IMG/VR virus record: IMGVR_UViG_3300045988_096302
Reading direction: 5' to 3' (one strand)
DNA from: a virus
Length of the DNA stretch: 60,112 nt
Positions 17,014 to 27,547 of the stretch are shown piece by piece (positions within the stretch are counted from its first letter, which is position 1; the number at the start of each line of letters is the position of its first letter). The notes beneath the pieces were generated by a model. That model saw only the letters and a list, made by a program, of their open reading frames with translations. It was not told the origin of the DNA and did no database searches. The translations under genes were made by a program, and so were the position numbers.

Positions 17014-17292
17014 TTATACCTCAATCTTATCCTTCAGTAAACTTGAGCACAACCCTGTTATGTAGGAGAAGTCATAGCTAAATTCTTCATTATCTAAGGT
17101 GATAATGTTGTCTTTTTTCCTACAAAAGATTGAATATTTCTCTAGTGTGAGTTCAAGATAGTCACTATCCATCCACTCTTTAGCTCCTCCATAGTCATGG
17201 TTCTTATAAACCTGTCTAAAGAAGTATTCCACAGCAGATTCCACAAGGATTCTATTCCTCATACGTTTCACAAGAAACTTTTTATTCTCCAT
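17014..17292 (-). CDS. hypothetical protein (92 aa)
   Basis: ATG at 17292 follows GGAG. The ORF-track start at 17313 is TTG. Confidence 0.45.
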   Translation of the reverse strand: MENKKFLVKRMRNRILVESAVEYFFRQVYKNHDYGGAKEWMDSDYLELTLEKYSIFCRKKDNIITLDNEEFSYDFSYITGLCSSLLKDKIEV

Positions 17293-17500
17293 AGTACTCC
17301 ATCTCTCTTTCAATCTCTTTTAGAGCATACTCAACCCTCTGAATATCACTTTTTAGGATCTCATTTTGGATCACACTTTGGTAATCAGTAGGGTGAGATG
17401 CTAAGTGCTCTTCAAGTTTAAACTGTTTAGCTTCCATGCTGTGTAGCTGGGTAAGCTTATTCTTGTATCTATTATATAGCCTTGATACTATAATATTCAT
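17282..17500 (-). CDS. hypothetical protein (72 aa)
   Basis: RBS GGAG upstream, and co-directional tight packing. Confidence 0.45.
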   Translation of the reverse strand: MNIIVSRLYNRYKNKLTQLHSMEAKQFKLEEHLASHPTDYQSVIQNEILKSDIQRVEYALKEIEREMEYYGE

Positions 17501-17508
17501 TCTTACTC

Positions 17509-18750
17509 CTAGTTGATGTGACTGAACTTAAGGAAGTTTCTTAGTGTAATCTGTGCTTCTCCTAGTGCATACACAGTGAAAATCTTCTCACCAGCACTGA
17601 ATAAGGCACTTCTCTGAGCATCATTTAGATACCATGCAGAATACATTAAGTCATAACCTTCCATTGGGTTACTATTGGGGAATATACCTTCACCACTAGC
17701 ATCATCACCAATCCAGTTACATCCCCACTGTCTTCTGAAGATCTCAGTAAGCTCAATCTCAGAAAGCTCTCCTGTAGCCTCATTCTTAGCACTTACAACT
17801 AAATGGACATCTGATAGAGGAGTTACTTTCTTACCATCACACTGTGACACATCCATCTTAATGATGAACTTTAAGAACCATCTTTGGAATCTATCTAAGT
17901 CACTTGGCACAAGGACTCTAAACTGAGCAGATCCTTTAGTTCTATCAATCACAACAGTGTCACTTGGAGACTCATTCTTTTCCTTAGGTGATTCATCTTT
18001 ACTTTCAAGGGCTTTCTTGACCACTTCAAAGTACTTGTTAGCTCCATCAATACGCTCTTGGAGTGCATTACCTGGAACACCACCCCAGTCAGCTAAGAAA
18101 CGTGTAGTAAGCTGTGCAATATCACCATCACTAGAGGCTACTTCTTTTACCACATTCTTTAGTGTCTCTTCAGACATCATGAAAGCTACTTGTGTGTTGA
18201 AAGTGAAGATGCTACTATTTCTAGCTCTAGCAAACTCATAGAGAGCCTTAGATCTTGGACCTGTCCACTGACCTAACCCTAGACCAATCCAGTGTTTACC
18301 ACCTACATTGTACCCAGGCTCATTAAGAGGGTCTTTATAGAGTGATGCAAAAGCTTGCCATGATCCCATGAGATTTTCTGCTGTAGGCTCTTGTGCTACT
18401 TTATCATATTGATGCCCTGTAGCGTAATCAGCTTCATATCTTCTAGCAGTTACATTAGACTCTCTCACAAAGTAGCCAATAATAGCAGATACACCTTGTG
18501 CCTTAGCCTCAGGAATTTCTTTCTTGATAGCTCTAGCAAAGGTTTTTACTCTTGTTTCAATATCATCACTCTCTGATCCTTCAATACTATCATCTGAGTA
18601 AGGAGCACAGGAAGAGGCTGTAGATAAAGAGTCAACATAGTCAAGTGCATAGAGGTCAGTTACCCCTCCTCTACGCTGTTTTGATTGTTGGATTACTCTT
18701 GATTTAGTTCTACTAACAGTATTCACTAATTTATTTAGATAATCTGCCAT
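17509..18750 (-). CDS. tail-associated lysozyme-like protein
   Basis: RBS AGGAGG. The segment KHWIGLGLGQWTGPRSKALYEFA resembles the phage tail lysozyme family. Confidence 0.45.
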   Translation of the reverse strand: MADYLNKLVNTVSRTKSRVIQQSKQRRGGVTDLYALDYVDSLSTASSCAPYSDDSIEGSESDDIETRVKTFARAIKKEIPEAKAQGVSAIIGYFVRESNVTARRYEADYATGHQYDKVAQEPTAENLMGSWQAFASLYKDPLNEPGYNVGGKHWIGLGLGQWTGPRSKALYEFARARNSSIFTFNTQVAFMMSEETLKNVVKEVASSDGDIAQLTTRFLADWGGVPGNALQERIDGANKYFEVVKKALESKDESPKEKNESPSDTVVIDRTKGSAQFRVLVPSDLDRFQRWFLKFIIKMDVSQCDGKKVTPLSDVHLVVSAKNEATGELSEIELTEIFRRQWGCNWIGDDASGEGIFPNSNPMEGYDLMYSAWYLNDAQRSALFSAGEKIFTVYALGEAQITLRNFLKFSHIN

Positions 18751-18758
18751 TTTTCCTC

Positions 18759-20036
18759 CTACTGGTTAACAATGATATCTCTATCACTGTATAGATATTT
18801 AGATAGCTCTAGTTGTTGTAGATGATTACTTCCTACTTGATATACATCAGTGATCTTGGTCACAAAGAACCAGTTACTTTCCTTGAGAACCTTCTCATAG
18901 TACTTAGAACACGCTGTAAGCTCCCAAACTCCTGCATTAAGGGTAAACAGTACCCTATCCCCAGCCTGCACTGTGTGCTTTCTCAGAGGCTCTACAGTCA
19001 TGGTATAGACTATCTTCCTACGGGAGTTCTTAAGTCGTCTAATAGCTGTTCTATAGAGCTGTTCTGTGGCTCTCAACCTATCAGCATCAGTGATTTCTTT
19101 GTTATCATCTGCAATAGATTGTGTGTCATTATCAGTAACAGTACCCCAATAAAGCTCTCCTGCTTCTAAGGCTATACCTTCTTCATCTAAGATAGCAAAC
19201 TCATCACCAATAATCTCAGGAGCAAACACAGGAAGCTGTGGATAGTCATAAGACCGCTGTGAGTTTACCTTATTACCTGTCTTTATCACAGGGAATCCTT
19301 CAAGCATGAACTTAGGATTGTAGAAGATGTCTCTAAGGGTTAATGAACTAGCCCCTGAGTCTGACTTATCTGACATAGCTACAGCAATGTTGATTGTGTC
19401 CTCATAGTTCTCTGAGATGTTGTCTAAAGACACAAGGTAGTTATACTCATTGATGAGAATGTCTCTTTTGATACCGAAAATACCAAACTCAATTAAGTAA
19501 GGATCATATCGGTTTACTCTCCAATAAAGTGAAGTAGTTTTCTCACACACTTTTGTTAGAAACTCAAGGAATGATTCTCTGGAGAACTCATACTCAATGA
19601 GGTTCTTTTCAGCATAGTCATCTACATACTTAATCTTGAAGTCATTTAAGAGGTCATCCTTGTGTTGTTCATTAGACCAATAGCCCATAGCCTGCTCTAC
19701 AGCAGATACTACAGATCTAGCCTTCACAGTGACATTGGTAGGAAGGGTACGTTTCCCTAGCCTACCAATAACATGTGATGTCTGAACTGTGACTGTACTA
19801 TTCTGATAGTCACTAGACTTATCTCCTACATAACCTTCATACTTCCAGTCCTCTGTTTGAACTACAATGTGTGTATTACCACTAAGTAACTTGGAATATT
19901 TTAAAGGTAAGGTTAAGGTGATAGCAGGAACTTCCATCAATGCAAACTGTACTTGAATGTCATTTAGGAAGTCATCCTTAGGGATAATTACTGACTTCCT
20001 TCCTGAAGCCTCACTATTAATAATATAACCAATCAT
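18759..20036 (-). CDS. tail/baseplate protein (Tal-like N-terminal domain)
   Basis: Second gene after the tape measure. Its ATGA overlaps the upstream stop. 425 aa. Confidence 0.45.
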   Translation of the reverse strand: MIGYIINSEASGRKSVIIPKDDFLNDIQVQFALMEVPAITLTLPLKYSKLLSGNTHIVVQTEDWKYEGYVGDKSSDYQNSTVTVQTSHVIGRLGKRTLPTNVTVKARSVVSAVEQAMGYWSNEQHKDDLLNDFKIKYVDDYAEKNLIEYEFSRESFLEFLTKVCEKTTSLYWRVNRYDPYLIEFGIFGIKRDILINEYNYLVSLDNISENYEDTINIAVAMSDKSDSGASSLTLRDIFYNPKFMLEGFPVIKTGNKVNSQRSYDYPQLPVFAPEIIGDEFAILDEEGIALEAGELYWGTVTDNDTQSIADDNKEITDADRLRATEQLYRTAIRRLKNSRRKIVYTMTVEPLRKHTVQAGDRVLFTLNAGVWELTACSKYYEKVLKESNWFFVTKITDVYQVGSNHLQQLELSKYLYSDRDIIVNQ

Positions 20037-21142
20037 ACTGTTACACTCTCATAATCTATATAAATACAAGCTGTATCGCTCTCTACCCCACTGACTGACA
20101 CAGTATTGAGTCCTTTCTTGATGTAAGGTAACTCAGCACACAGTTTTAGCACAGAAAGTGAAATATCCTGATAGTTGAACTCTAGACATTCCCAAGATTT
20201 AGCATACTTAAGCTCACCTTTATAGTTAGCTGTAAGCACTCCTGAGTACTCACCTTTAATCTTGAAGTCAATATCATTAATCCTTACAATAGGGTCTTTG
20301 AAGTCTCCTTCAATAGCAATACTCCACTTGTGACTGTCTAGTACTGTAGTAGATAGAAACTCTCCTGTGAGAACTTCATTCACACAAGTGTCACAGATAG
20401 CATGCTTATACATACACTGTAAGCCTTTACCATCTTTTTTACACTTAGAGCAGTTGTAGACTACTCTCCACTTAGAGTTACATTCCTCAAAGAAGTCATT
20501 CATGAACTCTACATTGGTTTGTGCTGTACAAAGATCAATCATTCCATCCATCTCACAGCAATCACTCTCACAACACTCACAGTAGTTATTACAGTTAGGT
20601 AGACCATTACAACAGTGTCTTGACTTACCTAAGCAACTAGCTTTCATATCTAGGAAGTCACAGTTATCATAAGGCTCTAGGAATGTTTTATCTTCATCTG
20701 CCTTATACCACACACCATCTGGATTATCAAACTCTACTTTAAACACAAGGTAGTCATCATCTGTGAGTACCCACTGTTTATTGTTTTGAATACTTGTGAC
20801 ATAAGCATTACACCACACAAGCTGTAGTCCTGTCTGTACAGCCCATAGCTTTCCTGGTGTCATTAATTGCTCCATGATGAAGTCATAGTGAGCTTGTACA
20901 TGCTCTTCTGACCAGTCATGTGTCTTAAGTGCTATCTGCAATGAGATTGTGTTAGAGTCCACAAGAGACATCTTACTAGTGTTACCAACATAAGAACCAT
21001 TAGTAAAAGTGCGTGAGGTTTTATTCTCACGCAAACTAATACTTTCTGTCTGCTCATCAATAGATTTTCTACCAAGGAACACAAGGTCATTAAATTGGAT
21101 GTAGCGTTTAGGTTGGGTGAAGTTTTCATCACATCTAAACAT
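20033..21142 (-). CDS. distal tail protein-like (Dit position) with Cys-rich insertion
   Basis: Lies immediately downstream of the tape measure (TAATG overlap). There are 17 Cys between residues 161 and 253, including CC pairs (HCCNG, CECCESDCCE). Confidence 0.45.
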   Translation of the reverse strand: MFRCDENFTQPKRYIQFNDLVFLGRKSIDEQTESISLRENKTSRTFTNGSYVGNTSKMSLVDSNTISLQIALKTHDWSEEHVQAHYDFIMEQLMTPGKLWAVQTGLQLVWCNAYVTSIQNNKQWVLTDDDYLVFKVEFDNPDGVWYKADEDKTFLEPYDNCDFLDMKASCLGKSRHCCNGLPNCNNYCECCESDCCEMDGMIDLCTAQTNVEFMNDFFEECNSKWRVVYNCSKCKKDGKGLQCMYKHAICDTCVNEVLTGEFLSTTVLDSHKWSIAIEGDFKDPIVRINDIDFKIKGEYSGVLTANYKGELKYAKSWECLEFNYQDISLSVLKLCAELPYIKKGLNTVSVSGVESDTACIYIDYESVTV

Positions 21143-24100
21143 TAAACATACCTCATCAATCTGTCAATTCCAAACAACCCATTTAGATACTGAGATTTGT
21201 TGTCAATATTTTGACTTATCTTAGCATTATTTGTGTTGTATACATTATTAATTATAGTCTGTCCTGAGTTACTTTGCAAGGCTTTATTGCCATATTTGTT
21301 GAGATTATTTAGGAAGTTTAGCCCTAGACTCTCAACAGCTTTCTTCCTCAAGACATACTCACCAGGAGTAAGCATAGTAGGCATAGTATCAGTTCCTTTA
21401 GGCTTCCAATCAACTCCAATAATGTCACCATCAGAGTGGTATTCAGGAATGATTCCTCCATTAGATCTGAAACCTCCTAAAACAACACCTGTACCCTTTT
21501 TACCTATACCTTTAACTGACTTAGGAGTAGAGTTAAAGATACTAGTAACAGCATTAGCAACACTGTTAGCAAGTGAGCTTAGGGCTTCTTGGATCTTATT
21601 ACCTTCTTCTGTAATCTTAGAGGTATCAACATCCTTAGGATCATTGCCTTTAACTTTGTCCTTAGCCTCTTTGATCTTTCCTGTGGTCTTATCTACCTTA
21701 GTCTTAAGCTCTTCCACAAGAGCTTGTCCTTCAGGAGTAAGTTTAGATACATCTACAAGGTCAATAGGGATTCCTTTAAGGAGTTCATTAGCTTTCTCTA
21801 GCTTAATTTGTCCTTTAGATTTCAACTCACCTACAACATTGTAGAAGTTGTTTGCAGAAAGCTTGAGTGAGCTAAGTTCTTCTTCACTAAGAGCACCTTT
21901 ATCATCAGCTACCTCTTGGATAGCCTTTTCAATGGTCTCACCATCCTTAAGTACTTTGTCAATTACTTTTTGTCTAAGTTTTTGGTCAATAATACCTATT
22001 TTCTCTAGGATAGTATTAAACTCTTTAGTGTCAGCCTTATAAGTAGAGTTGTCAGTCAATCCAGAACCTGTTAGCATCTTAAGCTCTTGGATAAGATCAT
22101 CAACATTCTTACCTGCAACTTCATTGATTTTCTCTTTTGTAGCTTTTGATGCCTGTTGAAGTTTATACTGAATAATTTTGGAGTCAGCATCATCTAGTGC
22201 TTTACCAGCAGTAGAAAGACTAATAAGATCTTCAGTGTTAAAGTTTTCACTTTTCTTGACTATGCCATCTAAGAGATCTTTCCAAACTTTATTCTTAGTA
22301 CTATCAACTACTTTTCTAAGTTCATCTGTTGCTGTAGCATGGACTTCATCATTACTCTTAGAATTTGCTGTAGCAGACTCCTGAAGTGTTCTAGCCCATC
22401 TATAGAGATCTTCCTTGGAAGCATTAATGACCTTTTCCTCGCTAGCTCCCATGTCCATTAAGACTTTTTGCACAGCGGAGTCTTGGTCTTCCTTATTACT
22501 GAAGTTCCCTCCTTTAAGTGCATAGTCTAATTGCTCTTTGACTTCAGCAATCTTCTTGAATGGAATCTCAGGAATCTTCTGAGTAGCAATTCCAAGAGCA
22601 TTGAAGGCATCCGTGAAGTTCTTAGAAGAAGATTCTTGTCTCTTGAACTCAGTATCAGAGAGAGTTTGAATAGTTGCAGTAGTACCATCTGTGGTATTCT
22701 TAAGCTCAACATATCTTTGACCATACTGTGCATATAAAGCCTGTAGTGACTTCATAAGCTCAATGTCAGTAACACCAAGCTCTTCTTTCCACTGTGCCCA
22801 AGTCTTCTCTTGACCACCAATGTTAACACTGTACTTGTCAACATCTTTAGGAAGGTACTCAGTAGCAAGTCCAAGGTTAGCCCCACCTTTACTTAGGTCA
22901 CCACCAAACTTACCAGCGTTACCTGACACAAGAGCTAGGGCATTAGAGATATCAGATTGCACAGAAGAGTCATTAGTGACTGACTTGTAGAAGTTTCTCA
23001 TCAGATCACCATACTGTTTAGCTTCTTGTTTGAGAGCATCAACTTTGGCACTTCTAATAGCCTTATTCTGCTCTTCTTTTTGTTTCTCAGCTTCAGCTTC
23101 TAACTTAGCTTGTTCCTTCTTAGCTTGGTTTTCAGCATCATTTGTGAACATACCTTGGATAAGTCCTACAAAACCACCAATACCAGCACCAATAGCTGTA
23201 CCGATAGGAGTGAACATAGAACCAATACCAGCACCAGCTAAAGCACCTGAAGCAGTACTTGTTATCACAGTAGAAGCCTGTTTCATTCCTGAAGAGAGCT
23301 TACTACTTTGAACAGCATTATTGATACCGTCTAGTGCAACTCCACCAAACATTGTACCAATAGCTAGTCCTGATGTCTTAAGTGCTTGACCTAAGTTACC
23401 AGCCTTATCAAAACCTGCTCCAATAGCCTGTCTGAATGTTCCACCATTGGCTCTAACATTCTTATAAGCTTGAGCAGAATCTTTAAACACTTTACTGAGC
23501 TTAAGTTGCTCTTTAGTGTTATTTCTAGCTTGTAGGGCTAAACCTGCATAGTAGCTTCCCATTTCAGGATCATCAGCAAGGAAAGCTCTCTGACTCTTCT
23601 TAGAGTAGTACTTATCAGCTCTCTTGTTAAGGAAGCCTGAAATTAAACCACCACCAGTAAGAAGGCTTTGACCTCCTGTAAGTCCACCAGCTACACCTTG
23701 CTTAACCTTTCCTGGAAGAGCAAAATTGCTTAGTTGACCAAGGCTATTAACAGTAGTACCAATGAATGACACAATGTTAGACACAAGAGAGGTAGCTTTA
23801 CTAATAAGTGCACCAATGATAAGGTACTTACCTACATGACCAAGCACTTCAGCCACTTTAGCAAACATCTCTACCATTACAGTGAGAGTGTTTAGGATCT
23901 TTTCAAAGCCTTTTTGTAAGTTTCCTCCACCAAAGGACTTGATAACGTTCTCAATAGCTGTAACAACAGCTTTAACAAAGTTTGAGAGTGCTTTAAAGAA
24001 TCTCACACCTGTGTCAGATGTAAGGGCATTAAGAGCACTAGAAGTTATCCTAGCAAGCACAGGGGCTAAGTAATCAAGTAAGTCTTTTACAACATTACCT

Positions 24101-25983
24101 AAGTTCTTAAGTCCATTTCTGAAGCCATCATTATCAATCCCTTGTCTTGTGAGTTTCACAAAGTTTGAGAAGAAGTCAAACACAGAAGAGATTAACTTGG
24201 ATGCTACTTCAATTATAGGTGTTTTCTTAACTAGAAAATCTAATGTTTTAACTAGCTCTTCTGCAAAACCTCTAATAGATGTAACTACTGTAGTTGCGTA
24301 GGATCTATACTTACCATCACTTGTCAGTGTTTTTAATACATCTGACATACCCTTAAGGAACTCAGCTAGTCCTTTTACAGCACCACTGTCAACAGCAAGT
24401 GTTTGTAGATTAGTGATAACCTCAATGGTATTAGTGATAGCATCTAGGATACCCCCACTGATTAATGATCTACCAATATCAATCCAAGAGGTAAGATATT
24501 TGATATAAGCATTACCAGCTTCACCTACAAAGCGACCAATAGCACTTCCTGACTCATTGAAGAAGTTTATCACAGATTGCATCAATCCTTGGAAGTTCTT
24601 CATGACATTTGTGTCTAGATTAGATGCAAAGTCCTTACCAAACTTCTCCATTGATTTAATTAGGTTATCACCAAACATAAGGGTAATAGCTCTTGAGAAC
24701 TTATTGATATTCTCAATGCCTGTACCAATAGCATTGCCTAGTGATCTTACATAGCCTTCAAATTTAGCACTACCTACCAGATCTGTGATGTTCTTAATGA
24801 AGTCTCTTGTAGCCACATACACCTTGTTAAGTGCACCTGGTGTAGTATTACCTTCTTCATCCACTTTATCAAACACAAGGAGGTTTGAAAGTGTTTCTTT
24901 CAAGTTCTCAATAGCTTGCTTAGGAGTAAGGATAGAGGTAACTAGACTTTGGAACTTAGGACTGTTACCTACTTCCTTAATGACATCTAGGTATTCATCA
25001 GCAGTGATACCCTTCTTCTGAGTAGCTTCAATAATAGACTTATAACCCTTAGCCTGAGCAAGTTCTAGAAGCCGTTTATTTACTTCAGAAGCACCAAGAG
25101 CAGAGAATCTTTCTCTTGTGAACTTGAAGTCTTGTTGGTTAAGATAACCATTAGCAAGCATTTGAGCTGTTTGCTCTCCTGCTGTCTTAAGACCCTGTAC
25201 AGGGTTTTGAGTTTGTGCAATAAGCCCAGCAAAGGCTTTTACAATATCCTCAGAGTCTTTACGATTGTAAGCATAGTAAGTTGATGCTTGGTTGAGCAAG
25301 TCAGAAGCATCATACACAGAAGCTTTACCATAATCTCCTAGTCTCTTGAGAGACTTATTTACATCCTTGTCACTGAAGCCTAGAGATGACATGTTGACCC
25401 TATAGATCTGCATAGCATCCCCTACTTTTTGTGACTCAGACACCATTCCAGCAACACCTTGTCTCAAGGTAGTCACAGCGGAATTAATGATGCCCTGAAA
25501 GCCACTGGTAAGCTTTCCATTGACTAATGATGTAAATGACTTCTGTACATTTAAAAGCTCAGAAGAGACTGATCTGAGACCACTGAGCATTGTTTTAGCA
25601 GGATTGATAGCTCCTAGCTTAATCATGTTTGATGTCAGACTAGTAAGTGCTCTATCAGCTATAGACATAGCAGATCCTACGTTTTTCCAAGACTCAGCTA
25701 AGTTAGTGACCTCTATAGCTTGACCTTTTACCTTGCTACTTCCACCAACACTAGATCCTGATGCCTTGCTCACAAGAGCATTTACATTGTTAATCTGTCT
25801 TTGAATATCAGAAGTATCAATATTGAGCTTTAAATTAATAGAGGGCAGGTTATTAGACCTGCCCATCTTCTTAATCATACGCTCAATGTCAAGCACAGTC
25901 GCTTTCATGTTATTCAATAATTTTGTCTTAGCCTCAATATCGTTAAGACCATTAATTGTAACACTTATAGTACGTACTGACAT
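21142..25983 (-). CDS. tape measure protein (1613 aa)
   Basis: Largest ORF, with RBS GGAG. It has Gly/Ala-rich hydrophobic central segments, coiled-coil-like regions, and a canonical position upstream of the Dit/Tal-like genes. Confidence 0.85.
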   Translation of the reverse strand: MSVRTISVTINGLNDIEAKTKLLNNMKATVLDIERMIKKMGRSNNLPSINLKLNIDTSDIQRQINNVNALVSKASGSSVGGSSKVKGQAIEVTNLAESWKNVGSAMSIADRALTSLTSNMIKLGAINPAKTMLSGLRSVSSELLNVQKSFTSLVNGKLTSGFQGIINSAVTTLRQGVAGMVSESQKVGDAMQIYRVNMSSLGFSDKDVNKSLKRLGDYGKASVYDASDLLNQASTYYAYNRKDSEDIVKAFAGLIAQTQNPVQGLKTAGEQTAQMLANGYLNQQDFKFTRERFSALGASEVNKRLLELAQAKGYKSIIEATQKKGITADEYLDVIKEVGNSPKFQSLVTSILTPKQAIENLKETLSNLLVFDKVDEEGNTTPGALNKVYVATRDFIKNITDLVGSAKFEGYVRSLGNAIGTGIENINKFSRAITLMFGDNLIKSMEKFGKDFASNLDTNVMKNFQGLMQSVINFFNESGSAIGRFVGEAGNAYIKYLTSWIDIGRSLISGGILDAITNTIEVITNLQTLAVDSGAVKGLAEFLKGMSDVLKTLTSDGKYRSYATTVVTSIRGFAEELVKTLDFLVKKTPIIEVASKLISSVFDFFSNFVKLTRQGIDNDGFRNGLKNLGNVVKDLLDYLAPVLARITSSALNALTSDTGVRFFKALSNFVKAVVTAIENVIKSFGGGNLQKGFEKILNTLTVMVEMFAKVAEVLGHVGKYLIIGALISKATSLVSNIVSFIGTTVNSLGQLSNFALPGKVKQGVAGGLTGGQSLLTGGGLISGFLNKRADKYYSKKSQRAFLADDPEMGSYYAGLALQARNNTKEQLKLSKVFKDSAQAYKNVRANGGTFRQAIGAGFDKAGNLGQALKTSGLAIGTMFGGVALDGINNAVQSSKLSSGMKQASTVITSTASGALAGAGIGSMFTPIGTAIGAGIGGFVGLIQGMFTNDAENQAKKEQAKLEAEAEKQKEEQNKAIRSAKVDALKQEAKQYGDLMRNFYKSVTNDSSVQSDISNALALVSGNAGKFGGDLSKGGANLGLATEYLPKDVDKYSVNIGGQEKTWAQWKEELGVTDIELMKSLQALYAQYGQRYVELKNTTDGTTATIQTLSDTEFKRQESSSKNFTDAFNALGIATQKIPEIPFKKIAEVKEQLDYALKGGNFSNKEDQDSAVQKVLMDMGASEEKVINASKEDLYRWARTLQESATANSKSNDEVHATATDELRKVVDSTKNKVWKDLLDGIVKKSENFNTEDLISLSTAGKALDDADSKIIQYKLQQASKATKEKINEVAGKNVDDLIQELKMLTGSGLTDNSTYKADTKEFNTILEKIGIIDQKLRQKVIDKVLKDGETIEKAIQEVADDKGALSEEELSSLKLSANNFYNVVGELKSKGQIKLEKANELLKGIPIDLVDVSKLTPEGQALVEELKTKVDKTTGKIKEAKDKVKGNDPKDVDTSKITEEGNKIQEALSSLANSVANAVTSIFNSTPKSVKGIGKKGTGVVLGGFRSNGGIIPEYHSDGDIIGVDWKPKGTDTMPTMLTPGEYVLRKKAVESLGLNFLNNLNKYGNKALQSNSGQTIINNVYNTNNAKISQNIDNKSQYLNGLFGIDRLMRYV

Positions 25984-25997
25984 TAAAACTCTCCTAC

Positions 25998-27353
25998 TTA
26001 AGCTACATCCTCAATGTTTCTACGGATTTCATAGAAGTTACCTTCTTCATCACGACTTACAGTGAAGGTAAGTGACAAGGTAATTTCTCCATCTGTACCG
26101 AACTCTCTTGAGTTTTCAGTAATAAGAACATTGTTGAATACATAGTATTCTTTAATTCCTCTTGTGTTTTCAACCATTTGAGTTACACGGAAGTGTGTAT
26201 TTCTCAAACGTTTGTCATTAGCTACAATAAGCTCAACATCACGCTCAGCATTGTAAGTCACAAGAAGTTTTTCACCAATGTACATTGGGTTCACAAGAAC
26301 TGTACCACGACTCAATCCATGATGTGTTTGAGTAAGAGCAATAAACTCATCATCCTCAAGAGTTACACCAGCAGAGATTGGCATTGATGAAAGGTATGTA
26401 CAGTCACAGCGGTCTGAAGAGATAATGATTGTATTACAATCTTCATAGTACAAGTCAGGAATTACAAGTGATCCATATTCTTTACCATCTACTTCAATAC
26501 GCTCTACTGTGAAGCTGTCTGTCACAGGGATGCCACTTGTAAGCTTCTTAGACATAGATTGAAGTGGGTTCAACCAGTAGTCATTACAAGAAGTTGTAGT
26601 AGCTGTGATCTCTTTAGTGATCTCAATTTGTGACTTATCATATTGACGTCCAAAACATCTAGCATCTGTAGTAGGTACTGAAATGTTGTGTGTGAATGAA
26701 GTCAAACATGAAAGCAATACATTTGAGAACTTACGCAACTCAGAACGGTCATTGACAATCATTGGAGATGAAAGTCCAATTTGACCATCAAAGTCATCTG
26801 TTCCAAGGTAAGTAACTTCATAAGAGATTACTACACCGTGGTCAGAAGGTTTCCATCCTGTACCTGTTTGAGTCATTGCTTTAGTATCAGCAAGGTCAAT
26901 AGTACGAAGGACGAATCCAGGTGCATGAGTTTCAAAGTTGTATGTGTATACGTATGAGTTGTCTTGAGCAAGATCTGTAAAGTCTGCTACAGCAACTTTA
27001 AGTTGGTATTGACCAGCTTTAGGAACGTTTACATATACCATGTTGAAACCAAGTGCATAATCATCAGCATCAGAACGTACTTGGTAGTTCACCTTGATAG
27101 CTTTATCTACAGCTTTCACATAAAGTGTACCTGTGTTGAAGCATTTCAATGGTGTACAGTTGAGTTGGTCTTCAGGAACATCCTTACGTACATATTGTAC
27201 TAAAGTACCCTTAGGAATCTGTGTTTGTTTGTTAGCTTTCCAGCGAACACAAGGACGGATTTCCTCATTGATAGCAACAATAATTTTATTGTCTTTATCT
27301 TGGGTATTGTAACCGTACATAGGATGACTCATATCTACAAAACAGTTAGACAT
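25998..27353 (-). CDS. putative major tail protein (451 aa)
   Basis: Lies directly upstream of the tape measure, with RBS GGAG. Its CGT-type Arg codon use matches the capsid gene. No recognisable motif. Confidence 0.35.
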   Translation of the reverse strand: MSNCFVDMSHPMYGYNTQDKDNKIIVAINEEIRPCVRWKANKQTQIPKGTLVQYVRKDVPEDQLNCTPLKCFNTGTLYVKAVDKAIKVNYQVRSDADDYALGFNMVYVNVPKAGQYQLKVAVADFTDLAQDNSYVYTYNFETHAPGFVLRTIDLADTKAMTQTGTGWKPSDHGVVISYEVTYLGTDDFDGQIGLSSPMIVNDRSELRKFSNVLLSCLTSFTHNISVPTTDARCFGRQYDKSQIEITKEITATTTSCNDYWLNPLQSMSKKLTSGIPVTDSFTVERIEVDGKEYGSLVIPDLYYEDCNTIIISSDRCDCTYLSSMPISAGVTLEDDEFIALTQTHHGLSRGTVLVNPMYIGEKLLVTYNAERDVELIVANDKRLRNTHFRVTQMVENTRGIKEYYVFNNVLITENSREFGTDGEITLSLTFTVSRDEEGNFYEIRRNIEDVA

Positions 27354-27533
27354 TTATTTCTCCTTTTTCTTGTTATCAGCTTGCACTGAAGGTTTTGGTT
27401 TATTAGTTTCTTCAACCATGTGTTCACGGACACGTGCCATTGCTTGAAGCTCAAGGCGACTACCGTGACGGTTTGCAATCTCATTACGAGACATGAAGAA
27501 CTCATCTACATTTAGTGGTTTTTCCACAGCCAT
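27354..27533 (-). CDS. hypothetical protein (59 aa)
   Basis: ATG at 27533 follows AGGAG. The earlier ATG at 27554 lacks an RBS. Confidence 0.4.
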   Translation of the reverse strand: MAVEKPLNVDEFFMSRNEIANRHGSRLELQAMARVREHMVEETNKPKPSVQADNKKKEK

Positions 27534-27547
27534 GTTCTCTCTCCTTC

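Noticed and set aside
21233-25723. A dozen + strand ORFs of 60-203 aa inside the tape measure gene.
   Set aside because: All are antisense to a continuous 1613-codon ORF that has an RBS. They have low-complexity Ser/Leu-rich translations and no RBS. They are typical shadow ORFs.
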